From NCBI GenBank assembly GCA_016700015.1, contig CP064995.1, positions 750,001-782,000 on the forward strand: DNA of 32,000 bases, read 5' to 3'. This DNA comes from Candidatus Saccharimonadota bacterium (lineage in GTDB: Bacteria; Patescibacteriota; Saccharimonadia; Saccharimonadales; Saccharimonadaceae). Below are positions 29,301-32,000 of this stretch, one piece after another; the first letter of the stretch is position 1, and every line of letters begins with the position of its first letter. The position numbers and the translations under genes were made by a program. The notes beneath the pieces are model-generated. The model had not been told where the DNA came from. It was given only the letters and a program-made list of their open reading frames with translations, and made no database searches.

Positions 29301-32000
29301 TCATATGCACCTTAAATGTCACCATATCGCCCGCAACCGGCGTACATGCACCGAGCGGCGATGCAACCGTCACCTGTACCCAAGTTGCATTACTTGACAC
29401 TGCATTGCCACTTGTACTGCACGCCGTACCACTACTGTCGACATACATTGCAACTGTCACTTGATCGGTCGTGGTTGATGTCCCCCAGCCCCAGATCTTA
29501 AGATTTGTCATACTGCCCGTGTCGTAATCGCTGGGTAGCTGGTAGCGAGCATACACATCGTAGTCCTGTGCACTCGCTTGGGTGGTTGTCCAAGCATAGT
29601 AATTATGTGTCTCTGTGGCGGCACAGACGCCCGTGTTGATATTGAGTCGTGAGGAGCCAGAGCAAAAATCGCTGCTGAGTGAGCCGTTATTGTTAGTTCC
29701 GTCGCCAGTGAACGTTGCTCCTGGGTACTCTGCCGAGAGTGTAATTTGAGCGCTCGGTCGACCAGTACCTACATAGAGGAGTCCGCTTGCGCCAAGTGTG
29801 ATACCGTCGCTCGTACTGCCAATCACCACTTGATTTGTGCTTGTATCGGCCGTCAGAAGAGTGACACTGCTCGCATTTTGAATTTGGAGAGCACTTGCGC
29901 TAGTCGTCTTGAAAAGATTGGTTCCTGTCCACGTATTATTGGCACTGAGGCTAGCACCCGAGCCACTCCCAATACAATCTGCCCATGCTCCATTCTGGTA
30001 GCAGCGAAACTTGTTAAGGCTAGTGTTGTAGTACATGGCCCCGTTGAAACCACCTGGGTCAGTTGCTTGATTGTATGAATCGAGTACGAAGAGTGCGGCA
30101 TTACTATCGGTTCCGGGTAGTCCTATCTGCACCGTAAAGTTAGTCGTGTCAGCCGTAAATAAATTTACTCCAGCGGCATTGTTGATCTGCACGGCCGTTG
30201 TTGAATTGGTCGCATTCTGCAAATTCACTCGTCCACCTACACCGAAGTCACCATTAAACTGCACACTTTGCCCAACTGTCAGTGCACCGCTTATCTGGGC
30301 TGCCGACCCAACACTCAGCCCGCCATTAATGATCGCGTCGCCCACCAACTGCGTGTTGCCATTAACAGACAACGTACCGAGCTCTGCCCCTCCGGCCTCG
30401 AGTTGCTGAACGTAGGCACCACCGACGTCATAGGTTGTAAGTGTATTGGACGTGTAATTAATGACGTAGGCGTAGCGGCCAACAACGCTCACAGCGATTG
30501 GCAAGTTACCGGTTCCAACAGTTCCAACACTAGCAGGAGCGGTCGGCGTCGATACATCATAAATACCGAGGGTGTTACCGGTTCCGTTTGTGACGTATAC
30601 GTAGCGGCCTTGCACACTGAGAGACTGGGGTGAAGACCCAGTCGCAACTGAGCCGACGCTGGTTGGCGAAGCAGGATTCTTCACGTCAATCACATTGAGT
30701 GCGCTACCGCCATTGTCAATAATATAGGCATAGCGACCCTGAACCGAAACTGCTTTTATATTCGTCCCGATTACTAGTGAGCCTATTACGCTCAGGCTGG
30801 CGGGGTTACTAATATTCACAATGTTTAGTGTTGAGTTAGTATTATCAACAATATAGGCATACACACCCTGAATATAGACTGACTGCAATGCGCCTGCACC
30901 GATACTAAGCGAACCTGCAACGATTGGTGCGGACGGATTACCGACATCGACAATGGTAAATGTGCCGCTGTTACTACCGACGTAGGCGTAGCGACCTTGC
31001 ACATACACCGAATATGCGCCAGCGACTGATGCTGACCCCATACTCGTTGGGCTTGCTGGGTTACTAACGTCATATATGCTTAATGTGTTACCAACTGCAC
31101 TTGTCACGTAGGCGTAGCGACCTTGCACCGCCACGAAATAGGCGTTAGTACTCGAGATGGTGCCAACACTGACTGGGCTTGCTGGGTTACTTACATCAAA
31201 GACTTTAAGGGCACCAGACGTCGAGTTTGTAGTATAAGCATAACGGCCTTGCACAGCGACTGATCGGGTCGCCGTACCCACGGCCACTGAACCAAGTGAA
31301 GCAGTTGGTAGTCTGCCGCTGACATAGAGTTGGCCAGTACTTGTGCCAAGCGTGCCAACCATGAGCCGATTTGCAGTCGTGTCAACCCTCATAACCGTCG
31401 TTGAGCCAGCTGCATTTTGAACCTGAAAAGCTGTTGCGCTATCAACCTTGATTAAGTTGGTAGACGTCCAGGTGTTACTTGCCCCTACCTGCGCAAAAGC
31501 ACTCGAATCCAACCCATCCAGTAGGTCGGAGTTGAAGCTGTAGGCGCTGGAGGCTAGTTTGTTTCTGGGGGTCATAGGTCCTTCAGTGTAGGATTCACAA
31601 GATGCACCAGTACAGGTAGCTGTAGCGGGGGTTGGGAGCTCTATCTCAAAGTACAGGGTAGCAGTGTCGGTGGTACTAAAGATATTAGCAGGCAGACTCG
31701 ATACATCACCGAGCTGGACACTGAACAGACCGCCAGTGGTGACAGTAACACCAGTACTAGCGCTATTGGCACGTTGCTCACTCCACTTTAGGGTTCCCCC
31801 ACTACTGGCATCATAGATACGGAATTTCATGTTGTAGGTACCAGCAGCCATAGGGTTACCAGAAGCATCGGTCAGGCGGCCTTGGAAGTTTAGCTTGTAG
31901 GGGATGGTGGTGAGGGCGTGAATATTATTAGATACGCAAAACAGCGCTACAAATCCGGAGATAAATGGTAGCGCGAACAATAACAACAACGATTTTTTAG
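29236..32000 (-). CDS. Very large secreted protein with seven LVIVD-type beta-propeller repeats; 5' end just outside the window
   Basis: The frame stays open from the track start (TTG 31989) to the window edge (...KKS-LLLLFALPFISGFVALFCVSNNIHA/LTT = signal peptide). Seven ~43-aa repeats (VQGRYAYV..N.L.IYDVSNPASP.SVG) match the LVIVD repeat pattern. Triplicated F.V.NA.G...L.VDT.N..V.IG segments are also present. Confidence 0.85.
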   Translation of the reverse strand, partial: KKSLLLLFALPFISGFVALFCVSNNIHALTTIPYKLNFQGRLTDASGNPMAAGTYNMKFRIYDASSGGTLKWSEQRANSASTGVTVTTGGLFSVQLGDVSSLPANIFSTTDTATLYFEIELPTPATATCTGASCESYTEGPMTPRNKLASSAYSFNSDLLDGLDSSAFAQVGASNTWTSTNLIKVDSATAFQVQNAAGSTTVMRVDTTANRLMVGTLGTSTGQLYVSGRLPTASLGSVAVGTATRSVAVQGRYAYTTNSTSGALKVFDVSNPASPVSVGTISSTNAYFVAVQGRYAYVTSAVGNTLSIYDVSNPASPTSMGSASVAGAYSVYVQGRYAYVGSNSGTFTIVDVGNPSAPIVAGSLSIGAGALQSVYIQGVYAYIVDNTNSTLNIVNISNPASLSVIGSLVIGTNIKAVSVQGRYAYIIDNGGSALNVIDVKNPASPTSVGSVATGSSPQSLSVQGRYVYVTNGTGNTLGIYDVSTPTAPASVGTVGTGNLPIAVSVVGRYAYVINYTSNTLTTYDVGGAYVQQLEAGGAELGTLSVNGNTQLVGDAIINGGLSVGSAAQISGALTVGQSVQFNGDFGVGGRVNLQNATNSTTAVQINNAAGVNLFTADTTNFTVQIGLPGTDSNAALFVLDSYNQATDPGGFNGAMYYNTSLNKFRCYQNGAWADCIGSGSGASLSANNTWTGTNLFKTTSASALQIQNASSVTLLTADTSTNQVVIGSTSDGITLGASGLLYVGTGRPSAQITLSAEYPGATFTGDGTNNNGSLSSDFCSGSSRLNINTGVCAATETHNYYAWTTTQASAQDYDVYARYQLPSDYDTGSMTNLKIWGWGTSTTTDQVTVAMYVDSSGTACSTSGNAVSSNATWVQVTVASPLGACTPVAGDMVTFKVHMIAGQNNYARAGEISFAYKKKF
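30400..31262 (-). repeat. Seven tandem ~129-bp coding repeats (LVIVD blades) inside the large surface-protein gene
   Basis: DNA-level periodicity is visible as a recurring gtaggcgtagcg(a/g)cc(t)tgcac-like segment near 30470, 30600, 30725, 30855, 30980, 31100 and 31235. The repeats are diverged, not identical. Confidence 0.7.

Noticed and set aside
30400-31262. ~129-bp DNA periodicity considered as a CRISPR-like or satellite array, or as DGR template/variable repeats.
   Set aside because: The repeats are in-frame coding LVIVD blades, diverged by well over 30%, with no spacer/repeat alternation. There is no reverse transcriptase, no near-identical TR/VR pair, and no adenine-specific substitution pattern anywhere in the window.

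Overview
The window is gene-dense (about 90% coding) and reads almost entirely on the minus strand. Bulk GC is roughly 45-52% by eye.

Core content is housekeeping:
- tlyA and a membrane-anchored class-A beta-lactamase-like serine hydrolase.
- An rpsF-ssb-(unknown)-rpsR-efp-(2H phosphoesterase) operon.
- pheA, ftsK, RNase J, a family-4-like UDG, pnp and hpt.
- A GreA-like factor, rpsO, truB, a DHH/NrnA-like protein and rpsT.
- A dCMP-deaminase-like gene, holA and mutM/fpg.
- An alpha/beta hydrolase and two very large secreted repeat proteins at the right edge.

The reduced style, the giant LVIVD/beta-propeller surface proteins and the many unknown small genes fit a Patescibacteria/CPR (Saccharibacteria-like) genome. 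I cannot verify that without a database search. I saw no rRNA, tRNA, CRISPR array, transposase, integrase or reverse transcriptase.

Observations most worth a second look:
1. An abrupt ~63% GC block at 1-~750 carries an edge-truncated secreted-protein gene that is missing from the ORF track.
2. A ~70-nt diverged direct duplication of the pnp 3' end brackets a ~38-40% GC cassette. The cassette holds a promoter, a 130-aa membrane protein gene and a bidirectional terminator.
3. A tandem pair of diverged paralogs (11357-13022) has a TraB/GumN/Tiki-like motif pattern.
4. A TGnTAnAAT -10 box sits 6-9 nt upstream of the start codon of more than a dozen genes, implying leaderless mRNAs.
5. A self-contained promoter-RBS-75-codon ORF-terminator unit lies between rpsO and truB.
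6. Two divergent 2H-phosphoesterase-like genes sit next to RNA-metabolism genes.
7. An unknown acidic ORF is inserted between ssb and rpsR.
8. One of the giant surface proteins shows a nested domain insertion.

All alignments and motif calls were done by eye and need computational confirmation.
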